DNA of 64,000 nucleotides from Candidatus Micrarchaeota archaeon (GCA_964625085.1 CAZVAJ010000003.1:16868-80867), one strand, 5' to 3'; shown: positions 9,325-19,374, counted from the first letter of the stretch. The notes: generated by a model from the letters alone, not told the origin. Translations and numbers: made by a program.

Positions 9325-10932
9325 TTGACCGACAAAGCAGCAGAAGCATTCAAAGAGTTTAAAGAGTACTCTGTCGCGGAGTTTTTCAGGAAAAACAGGC
9401 AAATGCTCGGATATTCTGGAGCGATAAAGAGCCTGACAACCGCAGTCCACGAATATGTTACTAATGCCCTTGATGCCTGTGAAGTTGCAGGAATACTCCC
9501 TGACTTATACATAGAACTCAGAAAAAAAGGAGAGGGATACCTCCTTATAGTAGAAGACAACGGCCCCGGCATACCAAAACACTACGTGGGAAAAGTGTTT
9601 GGAACCATGCTTGCCGGAACAAAGTTTCATGTTTTCAAACAACAGAGGGGACAACAGGGCATTGGAGCAACAGGAGTTGTCATGTTCTCTCAGGTCACAA
9701 CCGGAAAGCCCACAAAAATCGTGACAAGCACTGGTAATGGAATAATATACGAAGCTGATATCTCAATAGACATAAAGCACAATCGTGCGAATGTGGAAAA
9801 CCCAAAAGAGTACCCTGGGAACATGCGCGGTACAAGAATAGAAACCGAACTAAAAGGAGTGCTTTACCAAAGAGGAGACAGGTCTCCTGACGAGTACCTT
9901 AAAAGAACTGCTCTTGCTAACCCTCATGCAAAGATAACCTGGAAGAATCCAGACAAAGTGGTCACTGTCTGGGATAGGGCAATGAACGAACTGCCAAAAA
10001 TACCAAAAGAAACCAAACCACACCCTAAAGGAATAGAAACAGACGACCTGATGTATTTTGCAGCACACACAAAAGCAAAAACAATACGCTCTTTCCTGAT
10101 AAACGACTTTGTAAGAATAAGTGGCCAGAAAGCCACAGAACTTGAAACCCTTTCAGGAGTAGACTTCAAGAAAAAACCAAGCGCAATGACCTGGGATGAG
10201 GCAGAGCAGATAGTAAAAGCAATACAAAAAACAAAGTTCATAGCACCCCCAACAGACTGCTTGATACCAATAGGAGAAAAAGAGCTGGAAAAAGCAGTGA
10301 AGAATGTTCTCAACCCCGAGTACTATAAAATCATAACAAGGCCCCCTGCCCTTTACAGGGGAGGAGTTCCCTTTATGGTAGAAACAGCAATCGCATACGG
10401 CGGGGAACTACAGGCAAACGAAACAAAGAAAAAGAGCGGGTCAGAACTCTCAATCCAGATAATGAGGTTTGCTAATCGGGTTCCTCTTCTATTTGACGCA
10501 GGAGGATGTGCAATAACAAAGGCAGTAAACTCTATTGACTGGAAAAGGTATGGTGTAACACCCCAAACTCCGTTGACAGTAGTCGTGAACCTCACTTCAA
10601 TTCATATTCCATACACAGGTGCAGGAAAAGAAGCTATCTCAGAGGAGGAAGAGATAACTAAAGAGATAAAACTAAGCCTTCAGGATACTGGGAGAAGGGT
10701 TTCAGCATACCTATCAGGCAAAAAGCGCAGAGCAGAACTCGAAAAGAAAAAACGCACCCTCGAGATTTATGCAATACCTGTAGCAGAGGCTATAGCAGAA
10801 GTCACTGGGGCAGACAAAGACATGCTTGTGAAACGAATCCGCCAGATAGTAGAAGCAAGATACGAGGAGATCACTGAGGAACCTGAAGAAGAAGACGTGA
10901 ACGTAGAAGAGGAGGAGGAAGAAGATGAGTAA
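9325..10932 (+). CDS. top6B: DNA topoisomerase VI subunit B
   Basis: SVAEFF, HEYVTNALDACE, EDNGPGI, RGQQGIG, RFANRVPLL. TTG start with GAGGTGA SD. Confidence 0.95.
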   Translation: MTDKAAEAFKEFKEYSVAEFFRKNRQMLGYSGAIKSLTTAVHEYVTNALDACEVAGILPDLYIELRKKGEGYLLIVEDNGPGIPKHYVGKVFGTMLAGTKFHVFKQQRGQQGIGATGVVMFSQVTTGKPTKIVTSTGNGIIYEADISIDIKHNRANVENPKEYPGNMRGTRIETELKGVLYQRGDRSPDEYLKRTALANPHAKITWKNPDKVVTVWDRAMNELPKIPKETKPHPKGIETDDLMYFAAHTKAKTIRSFLINDFVRISGQKATELETLSGVDFKKKPSAMTWDEAEQIVKAIQKTKFIAPPTDCLIPIGEKELEKAVKNVLNPEYYKIITRPPALYRGGVPFMVETAIAYGGELQANETKKKSGSELSIQIMRFANRVPLLFDAGGCAITKAVNSIDWKRYGVTPQTPLTVVVNLTSIHIPYTGAGKEAISEEEEITKEIKLSLQDTGRRVSAYLSGKKRRAELEKKKRTLEIYAIPVAEAIAEVTGADKDMLVKRIRQIVEARYEEITEEPEEEDVNVEEEEEEDE

Positions 10933-12046
10933 AACCAAAACGTCAGACCAGATAAAGAGAGAGCAAGAAAAGCGGAGTATGGAAAGGATATACAACATGA
11001 TGAAAACGATTGAGAAAGGAATCCTGAACGGCCAACCTCCTGAACTGGAAATGCCCGGCAGGGGAATGAATAATGCGATATACGACAAAGAGAAGCACAG
11101 GCTAGTCTTAGGAGACAAGAAAACAAAAAGGAAGTACCTGAATGTTGCCCACACAAGAAAGTTCATGCAAACTCTCAAGGTTGCTGACGCATGCTATAAT
11201 GAACTCTTGAAAAAACACAAGACAACAACAATCAGAGACCTTTTCTACAGCGTGCTTGGAACAATCCCTGGCACCAAAATACAAACGTTCGACGACCAGA
11301 ATGAATCAAATCAAGTTTCTGTAGACCTTGAAGTTGCTCTTGGTCTTGCAAGAGAAGATTTCAACCTAGTGGCAGAAAGCAGTGGGTCAGTCGTAGGAAA
11401 CGTGGTCATAGAAGACCATAATGATATCATAGACTGGAGCAAAATGGGTTCAGGAGGCTGGAGCGTGCCCAGCATTGTCGACCACATTGTTTTCAAAAAA
11501 GTAAACGCCAAGTTCATACTCTACGTGGAGAAAAAGGCAGTCTGGAACAGGCTCAGAGAAGATGAGGTGTGGAAAAAGTATAACTGCGTTCTGGTGGCAA
11601 CAAGAGGACAATCAGACAGAGGGACAAGAAGGCTCATAAAGAGGATGAGTGAAGAGTTTGATCTTCCGGTTTATGTTTTCACTGACAGTGACCCTTACGG
11701 ATGGTACATCTACTCCGTGATCAAGTACGGGTCAATGGCCTTGCCCCACACCAGCGAGTACCTTGCAACTCCGAACGCAAAGTTTGCTGGCATGAGCATG
11801 GATGATCTTGAAAAGTACAACATTCCAAAAAGCCACACCTTGCCAATGAAACCCACTGACATAAAGAGGGCAAAAGAAATGATGAAGTACCCTTGGTTCC
11901 AGTCTGAATTCTGGCAGAAGCAGCTTAAAAAAGCCATAGAAAGCAAAAGAAAGGCAGAACTTCAATCTCTTGCAAAGTATGGTATTGAATTCATTTCAGA
12001 AACGTACATCCCTGACAAGATCAAGAACAAAGACTTTGTAGACTAA
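10925..12046 (+). CDS. top6A: DNA topoisomerase VI subunit A
   Basis: TIRDLFY catalytic Tyr, VEK, DSDPYG Toprim, KAELQSL. Confidence 0.95.
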   Translation: MSKTKTSDQIKREQEKRSMERIYNMMKTIEKGILNGQPPELEMPGRGMNNAIYDKEKHRLVLGDKKTKRKYLNVAHTRKFMQTLKVADACYNELLKKHKTTTIRDLFYSVLGTIPGTKIQTFDDQNESNQVSVDLEVALGLAREDFNLVAESSGSVVGNVVIEDHNDIIDWSKMGSGGWSVPSIVDHIVFKKVNAKFILYVEKKAVWNRLREDEVWKKYNCVLVATRGQSDRGTRRLIKRMSEEFDLPVYVFTDSDPYGWYIYSVIKYGSMALPHTSEYLATPNAKFAGMSMDDLEKYNIPKSHTLPMKPTDIKRAKEMMKYPWFQSEFWQKQLKKAIESKRKAELQSLAKYGIEFISETYIPDKIKNKDFVD

Positions 12047-12064
12047 TTTCAGGAGGAACACAAA

Positions 12065-12457
12065 ATGAAGGTTTATAGGCAAAGGAATCCGAAAAAGCTC
12101 TTCGAAACCCTATCAAATGAAAAAAGGGACTCCAATACTGAAGCGTATGTAAGTGCACGCCCGACCATTGAAATACTTAACAAGATTGTTGACGTGCACC
12201 CTCATCTTAAGCGGCTTTACTGTCCTCCTAGCTTGTACCTTCAAGTGGGCAAGCACACGTTCACAAGAGCCAGAGACGCAGGGATAGAGATTCTCGGAGG
12301 CCCGTTTCCTGCAGGCAGGCCTAATAAGTACAATGAAAAGGACGTTAACAGAATACTTTCAAGATGGAAGGCAGGAATGCCAGCAAAACGGATATCAAAG
12401 GAACTTGGCATCCCCCTGCGCACTGTTTACTTTTACATAAATGAATCAAAGGGATAG
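12065..12457 (+). CDS. DUF1699-like protein with C-terminal HTH
   Basis: RPT...CPPSLY core, GRPNKY, ISKELGIPLRTVYFY HTH. Confidence 0.7.
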   Translation: MKVYRQRNPKKLFETLSNEKRDSNTEAYVSARPTIEILNKIVDVHPHLKRLYCPPSLYLQVGKHTFTRARDAGIEILGGPFPAGRPNKYNEKDVNRILSRWKAGMPAKRISKELGIPLRTVYFYINESKG

Positions 12458-12504
12458 CTTGCATAACCTTTTTAATACTTGTAAACCAAATTTTAGTATT
12501 CCTT

Positions 12505-12581
12505 GCCTCGGTGGCTTAGTTGGTTAAAGCACCCGGCTGTTAACCGGGAGATCGCCGGTTCGAATCCGGCCCGAGGCGCCA
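12505..12581 (+). tRNA. tRNA-Asn(GTT), canonical, CCA encoded
   Basis: Cloverleaf: GCCTCGG/CCGAGGC acceptor, CCCGG-CTGTTAA-CCGGG anticodon arm, GTTCGAATC T-loop. Confidence 0.97.
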
Positions 12582-12619
12582 AACCAAAGTTTTTTATGGG
12601 CCGGATTTATAACGAGAGC

Positions 12620-12865
12620 ATGGCAAGAAAAAAAGCAAAAAAGATTGACAAAAGATTTTATTACCCCCTTCTGCTCTCAGCAGTGGGCCTGATACTCCTT
12701 CCAATCATATTCGGAATAGCAGGAATAGTGCTCGGAGTGATAACATTAGAAAAGGCCAAAAAGAAAGAAGAAAGAAACTGGTGTTATGCTGGAATAGTCA
12801 TGGGTATAGCAGTAATACTGTTGCCTTTTCTTATCTTATTTTTAACAAGCCCTGCAATTTACTAA
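12620..12865 (+). CDS. small two-TM membrane protein (DUF4190-like)
   Basis: Two hydrophobic segments, PIIFGIAGIVLG. Start moved downstream of the tRNA. Confidence 0.7.
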   Translation: MARKKAKKIDKRFYYPLLLSAVGLILLPIIFGIAGIVLGVITLEKAKKKEERNWCYAGIVMGIAVILLPFLILFLTSPAIY

Positions 12866-12867
12866 AA

Positions 12868-13311
12868 CTATTTCTCCTGTTCTTTTTTGAGAGCCATTAG
12901 TCTCTCTTTGAGTTTTTTAGATTCTTCCTGTTCAAGTGACCTTAATGCAACAGCAGTCCTATCAAGCGTTTTCTCATCCTGTTCTCCAAGAAATCTCCAG
13001 AATTCTATCTGGGCGTCCACTGAGTCCCTCAAAACTTCTTTTGTGTACAGCGGGGCGACCTTGCTTGCCCAGTCTATTCTGTCAAGGATCGCGATCTGTT
13101 TTTCAAGGGGCTGTTGCATGAGCCACAGCCTAACATCTGGAGGAGCGTTCTGAAAGTACTCGTTTTTCTCAAAAAGCTTGTTTACCTTTTCAGCAAGAAG
13201 CTTTTTCAACTCTTCTTCTGTCCCTTTTTTTTCTTTTTCTATCTTTTTCTTGAGTTCCATCAGTTTCTTCATATCAACTTTTTTGGGGTTCGCGGGCAAG
13301 ATGATCACCAC
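12868..13311 (-). CDS. hypothetical helical protein
   Basis: 147-aa ORF with K/E-rich composition, fills the intergenic space. Confidence 0.6.
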   Translation of the reverse strand: MVIILPANPKKVDMKKLMELKKKIEKEKKGTEEELKKLLAEKVNKLFEKNEYFQNAPPDVRLWLMQQPLEKQIAILDRIDWASKVAPLYTKEVLRDSVDAQIEFWRFLGEQDEKTLDRTAVALRSLEQEESKKLKERLMALKKEQEK

Positions 13312-13334
13312 ACATTATATTCACGTAAGCCCTT

Positions 13335-13964
13335 TTATCTCTTTCTTATAGGCCAGCCCACTCTCTTTTTCTTTCGTACTTTCTTAAAGACGTGGTTTTC
13401 AGGCCTTTTTATGACCATCTTGGTGTATCCTCTTGGTGCTAATCCTGCTGCACCTGTTTTGCCTACTTGAACCGCTCTTTTCTTCCCCAGCACTTCAGAA
13501 ATTGCTTTGCCTATGAATGTCATAGGAGGAGACTTGTACTTACGGATGCGCACTTCAAAACCTTTTTTCTTAACACCTTCTACAAATTCTCGTAAATCCC
13601 TAGTCTCATAGTCCACTTCTCTCTCTTTCTGGCCTCTTGATAGCAGTCTCTCTGTACGTATTTCAAGCACGCCGCCTTTTTTCAACGCGGGCAGAGCCCA
13701 GTCAGGAAGTTGCTTTGGCCCTTGCTCTGGAAAATTAAACATTATCAGGTCTGCCTTGTACGGAGGTCTGTAGTTGTAGTAGGAGGTTTTGTCCACGACC
13801 TTTAGGTTATTGGGCAGTTCGTCCTTTGGAACAATAACGTCCCTCATGTCCACTGCAATAACAAGCGTGTCAGGATGCTTCCTCGCATAGCTTATCGCGT
13901 CTATCGCTCCTGGTCCGCACCCAAGGTCATAAGCGACTCTCTTGTACTTCTTCTTTTTAACCAT
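13335..13964 (-). CDS. class I SAM methyltransferase-like orphan (TrmB-like fold) with basic termini
   Basis: YDLGCGPG motif I, IAVD, IMFNFP, LKKGGVLEIRTE. Confidence 0.7.
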   Translation of the reverse strand: MVKKKKYKRVAYDLGCGPGAIDAISYARKHPDTLVIAVDMRDVIVPKDELPNNLKVVDKTSYYNYRPPYKADLIMFNFPEQGPKQLPDWALPALKKGGVLEIRTERLLSRGQKEREVDYETRDLREFVEGVKKKGFEVRIRKYKSPPMTFIGKAISEVLGKKRAVQVGKTGAAGLAPRGYTKMVIKRPENHVFKKVRKKKRVGWPIRKR

Positions 13965-14435
13965 TCAAATCCTCTTTTTCATACCCTTTGACAAAACAAA
14001 AAATTTTTTCTGCTCATAAAACTTCTCAGCAAGTTTGTTCTTACTGTACACAGAAAGGGATAATGCCCCACAACCGTTAGCCCTCGCTTGTTCTTCAATC
14101 CAGTCCAGAAGTTTTGAGCCAACACCCTTACCTCTGTATTCTTCCTTCACGAAAATGTCAAGATAACCCTCCTTAAAACCGTCGGGCGCTATTCCTATCC
14201 TGCACCCTGCAAAACCTACTGTTCCCCCCTCTGACTCTGCAATCACAATAAAATGGTTAGGATCCTGAATCATGTTTAGCACGGTTTCCTCTGTCATTTT
14301 TTGTTCCCAGTGTTCTTGAATGTCTTTTTCTTTCTCGTTCAGCAAGGCCAGTTCACACTGTCTAAGCTGGTTATACATCCTGCTAAGTTCTCTTGCATCA
14401 GAGTCTCCCGCAAGCCTGAACTGAACACCCATCAT
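13965..14435 (-). CDS. GNAT N-acetyltransferase
   Basis: VKEEYRGKGVGSKLL, NKLAEKFYEQ. Confidence 0.88.
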   Translation of the reverse strand: MMGVQFRLAGDSDARELSRMYNQLRQCELALLNEKEKDIQEHWEQKMTEETVLNMIQDPNHFIVIAESEGGTVGFAGCRIGIAPDGFKEGYLDIFVKEEYRGKGVGSKLLDWIEEQARANGCGALSLSVYSKNKLAEKFYEQKKFFVLSKGMKKRI

Positions 14436-14514
14436 AACAAGAGGGGGTCTTTACCTTAATAATCTTTTCATGCAACACAAATTTTATATAATCTCACAAA
14501 AGATAACATTGCTA

Positions 14515-15555
14515 ATGATAAAAAGCGTTGGACTTTTCGGAGATGAAACAAACCTTTTAGCTACTTCTGCTGTTGAAGAGACAATCAATTTCATGAAACG
14601 CAATAAAGTAGAATGCTTTACTGACGAGAAACTGGGACTCGATCACAATCCCGTGAATGTGAAAGATCTGGAATGCGATCTTGTCCTCTGTTTTGGTGGG
14701 GATGGAGAACTCTTAAAAACGTTCCATAATCTTAGAAAAAAACAGATTCCAGTCATGGGAATCAACTGTGGGCAACTTGGGTTCATGATGGATCTAGACA
14801 GAGCCAACTTCCTGAACTACCTGCCGCTGATCATAAAAGAAAAATTCCACATCCAAAAGAGAAACCGTCTTGAGATCAAAGGAAGTCGGGAAAAAGTGCC
14901 CTTAGCGCTTAATGAAATTGTCATCGCTCCATCAAAACCTGCAACAGTATTAAGATACGGGCTGAACATTGACAACGAAAAACTGTGGAGGGACAATTCT
15001 GATGGAATAATAATTTCAACACCAAGTGGTTCAACAGGGTATGCTCTTTCTGCAGGCGGCCCTATATGCTCGTACAATTCAGATGTCATGCTGATTGTTC
15101 CCTTAAACTCATTAAGCGAAACAAAGCCTCTTGTGATACCCAATAAATCAAAAGTAGAGATCTTTGACATTGCGTCACGCTATGGTACAGAAATAATCAT
15201 AGACGGACAAGTGAGAATGAAAGCGGGGCAAAAAGTGGAAATAAGTGCTGCAGGGTCGCCGGCACTGCTTGCAAGAATGACTAACCAGACTTACTCGCCC
15301 ATCTCATCAAAAATACGGGAGAAGATATGTAACCTCCCAAACAGATCAATAAGGGAGTCAGCTCCGCCAGTGAAACTCATACTGAAAGTGTTAGAATCAG
15401 AAGGGGCATTAACAGAAACAGAGTTGATAAACAAAACAAACCTCCCTGTCAGCACAGTGCACAGGGCGGTAAAAGAACTGATGGACAAGGAATTAATCAA
15501 TAAGAAACAATATATAGGAGATTCAGGACAACCCCTCTACGTGCTAAATGTTTAG
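14515..15555 (+). CDS. nadK: NAD kinase with C-terminal winged HTH
   Basis: GGDG, LNE, DGIIISTPSGSTGYALSAGG, DGQ. C-terminal LTETELINKTNLPVSTVHRAVKEL. Confidence 0.9.
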   Translation: MIKSVGLFGDETNLLATSAVEETINFMKRNKVECFTDEKLGLDHNPVNVKDLECDLVLCFGGDGELLKTFHNLRKKQIPVMGINCGQLGFMMDLDRANFLNYLPLIIKEKFHIQKRNRLEIKGSREKVPLALNEIVIAPSKPATVLRYGLNIDNEKLWRDNSDGIIISTPSGSTGYALSAGGPICSYNSDVMLIVPLNSLSETKPLVIPNKSKVEIFDIASRYGTEIIIDGQVRMKAGQKVEISAAGSPALLARMTNQTYSPISSKIREKICNLPNRSIRESAPPVKLILKVLESEGALTETELINKTNLPVSTVHRAVKELMDKELINKKQYIGDSGQPLYVLNV

Positions 15556-15592
15556 AATTTACCAACCCGCTCGTTTTTTGTTCCACAGAAAT

Positions 15593-16069
15593 TCATTCCT
15601 TTCTTTTGACTCTGCGGACTTCAAGGATTTCAGCCCCTCCTATCTTTTTTAGGGAATACTCAATAGTGTAGGGCGTGTTCCTGTATCTTGCAGCCAACAT
15701 CCTCACGGTCTTTATGGCTTCCATAGGAGGGTTCACGAATTTTATTGTTCCTTTCTCTTCTCTTAGAAGTTTGAGCAGGGCTTGCTCTCTTATTTTCTGC
15801 ACTCCCTTTACTGGAGAAAAGTGAAAGTGGATCACTTGATCTTTTGTTTTTTCAACTATTCCCACTGGCTCGCTATCCCCTGCCCTAACAAGAATTATGC
15901 TCTGCTCTTCTTTCACGCTGGGTATTGCCTTTAGTACCCCTCTCTGTCTGTAAGATTTTACCATCAGGTGTACTGCATTTATCTTGTCTTTCCCTGTTTC
16001 AACCCGAGAAAACCTCACGCTTTTTTCCAGGGGCGTTTCTCTTTTCAGTACCCTAAGCTTTCTTGTCAA
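15593..16069 (-). CDS. hypothetical basic protein
   Basis: 158-aa ORF abutting the upstream gene, K/R-rich ends. Confidence 0.55.
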   Translation of the reverse strand: MTRKLRVLKRETPLEKSVRFSRVETGKDKINAVHLMVKSYRQRGVLKAIPSVKEEQSIILVRAGDSEPVGIVEKTKDQVIHFHFSPVKGVQKIREQALLKLLREEKGTIKFVNPPMEAIKTVRMLAARYRNTPYTIEYSLKKIGGAEILEVRRVKRKE

Positions 16070-16070
16070 A

Positions 16071-17363
16071 TTACTGTCCCCCCAACAATCTTTTCACGCC
16101 TGCCGTGAGAGTTGCGAGTGATTCTTTTTGCCCCACTGGATTCTTTTTGTCCTTAACTTCTTCCCATGTTGCCTCGTCCAAAAGATTGGGAACACTAATC
16201 CCAAGTTCTTTTGTGGCTTGTTGGATTGCTTGGTACGTCTCAGAATCAGGTTTAAAGTAACACGCTATAACCTTGTACTTTTCAGCATGCGCCTTTAAGA
16301 ATTTTTTAACCCGCTCTGCTGTCACCTGGATATACTCTTGTTTTATCTCAGGAGTCTCTTCCCATTCTGGCCAGTCATACGAATTAAAAGGGTAATAGTC
16401 TGAGAACTCTATTGGTACCACTCCTGGAGTGGAAACCACTGTTCTTTGTATTTCTCTTAAGTGTCCAGTTCTCTTGAGCGCTTTGAATATCTTCTGGTGA
16501 GTCTGGCTCTTAGGGTAGGGTTTTCTGTATGAGCATGGCAAAAATAGTAGCAGTTCTTTTTTTCTTGGCTCATAGAACCTCTGGAGATAGTCCTGCCACA
16601 CCTCAAAGTGAGGGTGGTTTAATGATTCTGAGGTTGCGCCCACTATTTTTACTCTTTTTTCAGGGGGGAACTTTGGCACAAAAAGGTAGTTCTCAAAATC
16701 TGTCTCAACCTTAGGATTATCTTTCCATTTTCCTACCCACTCTTCAAATTCTTTTTTGTCAAGCGGCTTCCACTCCCCCTTAATCCACAGATCAAACAGG
16801 GGTGCTTTCGAGTGGGGGAATGTGTTTATCGCGACTATTTCATCTGCATGTTCTATCGCGAACTCCATTGTCTTATCAAAATCAGCCTTGGTCCCGAAGG
16901 GGATGTTAACCATAACGTATGCTCTGACCTTTGCTCCAGAATCATGAAGCACTTTAACAGCATTTAAGAAGTCTTCTGAAGTGAATCCTTTCGCGTATTT
17001 TTTTAGGACCTCATCATTCGCAGATTCCAGACCGATTGCAACTGTCAGCTTAAGGCCCTTGAATGGCTTTAAAGCGTCAGGGGTTATGTATTCTGGCCTT
17101 GATTCTATCACAAGTTCTTGGATCCCTTGTGATTTGATGTATTCCGCAAACCATTCCCTAAACTGAGGGGAGAACTGTTTATCATCAAGAAAAGAGCCTG
17201 ATGCAAACACTTTAAGCTTTTTTACTCCTTTAAGTGCCCTTTTTTGGATTAGCTGTTTTGTCTGTTCTTCTGTGTACTTTCCTTCCAGCTTGCCCCAGCC
17301 GCAGGCATAGCATGCTCCCCAGCTGCATTTTCCCACGCTTAGTATAAGAGTTTCTGCTTTCAT
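16071..17363 (-). CDS. fusion of RaSEA-like radical SAM domain and ArcS-like (DUF5591) domain, archaeosine biosynthesis
   Basis: N-terminal CSWGACYAC, SGSFLD, ESRPEY, IGLESAND. C-terminal PCSYRKPYPKSQTH matches the ArcS PCx3KPYx2Sx2H motif, plus GVVPIE, YPFNSYD. Confidence 0.82.
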   Translation of the reverse strand: MKAETLILSVGKCSWGACYACGWGKLEGKYTEEQTKQLIQKRALKGVKKLKVFASGSFLDDKQFSPQFREWFAEYIKSQGIQELVIESRPEYITPDALKPFKGLKLTVAIGLESANDEVLKKYAKGFTSEDFLNAVKVLHDSGAKVRAYVMVNIPFGTKADFDKTMEFAIEHADEIVAINTFPHSKAPLFDLWIKGEWKPLDKKEFEEWVGKWKDNPKVETDFENYLFVPKFPPEKRVKIVGATSESLNHPHFEVWQDYLQRFYEPRKKELLLFLPCSYRKPYPKSQTHQKIFKALKRTGHLREIQRTVVSTPGVVPIEFSDYYPFNSYDWPEWEETPEIKQEYIQVTAERVKKFLKAHAEKYKVIACYFKPDSETYQAIQQATKELGISVPNLLDEATWEEVKDKKNPVGQKESLATLTAGVKRLLGGQ

Positions 17364-17367
17364 TTTA

Positions 17368-18126
17368 TCACGATACCTGGTTGTATACTCCCTTTAGTTC
17401 AAGAGGGGACAGGCTCCTTACTTTCTTGTTATTGTTTATCTCTTTAGAGTAGTACTGTTGAACAACACTGCTTATGTTTTTGTTAGGGTGCCTAAAAACT
17501 TGTTTTATGAACTCTTCAAACCCTTGATCTTGGGGTACCTTTTTTCTTTTTAGTACGAGAACTGCTGAGTCCACTTTGGGCATGGGATGGAAATAACCAC
17601 GTGGAACCTTCTCTGCTATCTTTCCTTCGTAGTAGTACTGGGTAATGACTGAAATGGGACCATATTCATGCCATCCAGGAGCTGCCAACACCTTTTCTGC
17701 GAACTCTTTTTGGAATGTTAAGACACAAAGTTCAGGAGATTCTTTCATTATTTTCATTAAGGCAGAAGCAGAAATGGAAAAAGGCATGTTTGAAACGACC
17801 TTGTTGTACTCAGGAAGGTTTGCTTTCAGGTAGTCTTCAAACACAAACTGAATGTTTTGGAATTCAGAAAGTTCTGTTCTTAATAACTGTTCAAGTCGTT
17901 TGTCTTTTTCTACTGCTATCACTTTGCCTGCTTTTCTTGCCAGTTCCCTTGTTAAAAACCCTGGACCTGGCCCAATTTCTAGTACAGTGTCTTCTGGTTT
18001 CAGTTCTGCGTATCTAACTATTCTTTCAATAGTCCCTGAGTCTGCCATAAAATACTGATCTAAAGCATGAGACTGTCTAAAACGGTATTTAACAGAAAGC
18101 CTCATTATCTCCTGCCGAAGGTTCAT
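17368..18126 (-). CDS. ksgA: 16S rRNA m6,2A dimethyltransferase KsgA/Dim1
   Basis: LDQYF, LEIGPGPG, SNMPF, QKEFA, FHPMPKVDS. Confidence 0.93.
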   Translation of the reverse strand: MNLRQEIMRLSVKYRFRQSHALDQYFMADSGTIERIVRYAELKPEDTVLEIGPGPGFLTRELARKAGKVIAVEKDKRLEQLLRTELSEFQNIQFVFEDYLKANLPEYNKVVSNMPFSISASALMKIMKESPELCVLTFQKEFAEKVLAAPGWHEYGPISVITQYYYEGKIAEKVPRGYFHPMPKVDSAVLVLKRKKVPQDQGFEEFIKQVFRHPNKNISSVVQQYYSKEINNNKKVRSLSPLELKGVYNQVS

Positions 18127-18129
18127 CCC

Positions 18130-18714
18130 CTACCGCCTGTATCCAGGCCTGTGCTCCCTGTACGGCCTTGTAAAAATGTAGTACTTGGTGTCTCCTTTAA
18201 GCTCTTCTATGATCCTTTCTACAATTATGTTCTTTGGATCAGGCATAAGAGCAACTCTTTCGGAGATATCCTTAAAACTTTGAAATGGCTTTTTTTCTCT
18301 TTGGGCGAGCAGGTCCCACATGTGCTTTTTCCCTATCCCTGGCAGCAGTTCAAGAGAGTGTTGTCTGACGGTGATACTGCCTGCTTTGTTAAAGAAGTTA
18401 ACGAACTGTTCTTCTTTTTTACTAACAAGATCCTGTAACACATCTTCAAGCTCTTTTTGAGCAGTATTAGTAAGCTGGCTATACTTGATTCTTCCTTTTA
18501 TGAATTGTACCTTCTCCCTTTTTTCAGGACCAATGTACACTCTTTCTCTAAGGTCAACTTTGACCTCTCTTTTTATGATTAGTTCAAGGAGTGTGAAATG
18601 ATCTTCCCCTATGGCTTGCGCTATCGGTTCCTTCTTAAAATGCCCCGGGTACCCGATTGGAAGGTAATCAAGCACAATCGCATATTCTTCCTTCAATTTC
18701 AGCACCTTTATCAT
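18130..18714 (-). CDS. DUF655 putative RNA-binding protein
   Basis: EEYAIVLDYL, FTLLEL, HSLELLPGIGKK, conserved rpoF-ksgA context. Confidence 0.9.
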   Translation of the reverse strand: MIKVLKLKEEYAIVLDYLPIGYPGHFKKEPIAQAIGEDHFTLLELIIKREVKVDLRERVYIGPEKREKVQFIKGRIKYSQLTNTAQKELEDVLQDLVSKKEEQFVNFFNKAGSITVRQHSLELLPGIGKKHMWDLLAQREKKPFQSFKDISERVALMPDPKNIIVERIIEELKGDTKYYIFTRPYREHRPGYRR

Positions 18715-19034
18715 AGTTCAGAGAGTATATCAAGAATCTTTTCTATTTCTCCTTTGTCAATTTTTCTTTTTTGGAACATTGCCTGAACCTGTTCTGGTAT
18801 TTCGGGTTTTGTGTTTACGAGTTGTACTGCCTCTTCTACTGTAAACCCGAGATCTATAAGCGCGTTTTTAGCTTTTTCTGTTTTAGTTGGGGCCGCAGCC
18901 ATCTTGTTCAGGTAGGTGTAAGTAATCTTCTGTTCGTATGTTTGTTCTTCCCGCTTTTTTTTCTCTGCAGAGAGAATTTCTTTAGCTTCCGCTAATGTAA
19001 CTGGTTTTTCTTCCAACACTTTTTTACCTATCAT
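18711..19034 (-). CDS. rpoF: RNA polymerase subunit Rpo4 (F)
   Basis: MIGKKVLEEKPVTLAEAKEIL...YEQK, operon context. Confidence 0.88.
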   Translation of the reverse strand: MIGKKVLEEKPVTLAEAKEILSAEKKKREEQTYEQKITYTYLNKMAAAPTKTEKAKNALIDLGFTVEEAVQLVNTKPEIPEQVQAMFQKRKIDKGEIEKILDILSEL

Positions 19035-19074
19035 TAACTATCACCCTCTTTTCCATAGTCATGAAAAGAACAGC

Positions 19075-19374
19075 TCACGCTGTTTGTTTTTGTAGATGGA
19101 CTGGATGAACTATTACATCCTTGTATGAATCCAAGTCCTTTACTTTTACAACGTAACAAGACCCTTGCTTTCTGATAATCTTTCCAGTCCTGCCGCAAAA
19201 TCGTCTGTAAGGGAGACCCTGGTGCACGCTTGGTTCTGGCTTAATATGTACTGAGTCTCCAACTTCAAACTTTTTCAAGAAAGCGTTAACATTAGGCATG
19301 CCCCTCTTTCTAGGAGGCTTTGACATCTTACCCCTTGTTTTGGATCTTGGGCCTTTATGCTTGTATTTCACCAT
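19075..19374 (-). CDS. rpl21e: 50S ribosomal protein L21e
   Basis: GPRSKTR, FEVGDSVHI, GRTG, VHPVHL. Confidence 0.95.
   Translation of the reverse strand: MVKYKHKGPRSKTRGKMSKPPRKRGMPNVNAFLKKFEVGDSVHIKPEPSVHQGLPYRRFCGRTGKIIRKQGSCYVVKVKDLDSYKDVIVHPVHLQKQTA

Noticed and set aside
12503..12619. ORF-track N-terminus MPRWLSWLKHP
   Set aside because: It is a translation of tRNA-Asn. The real start is 12620.
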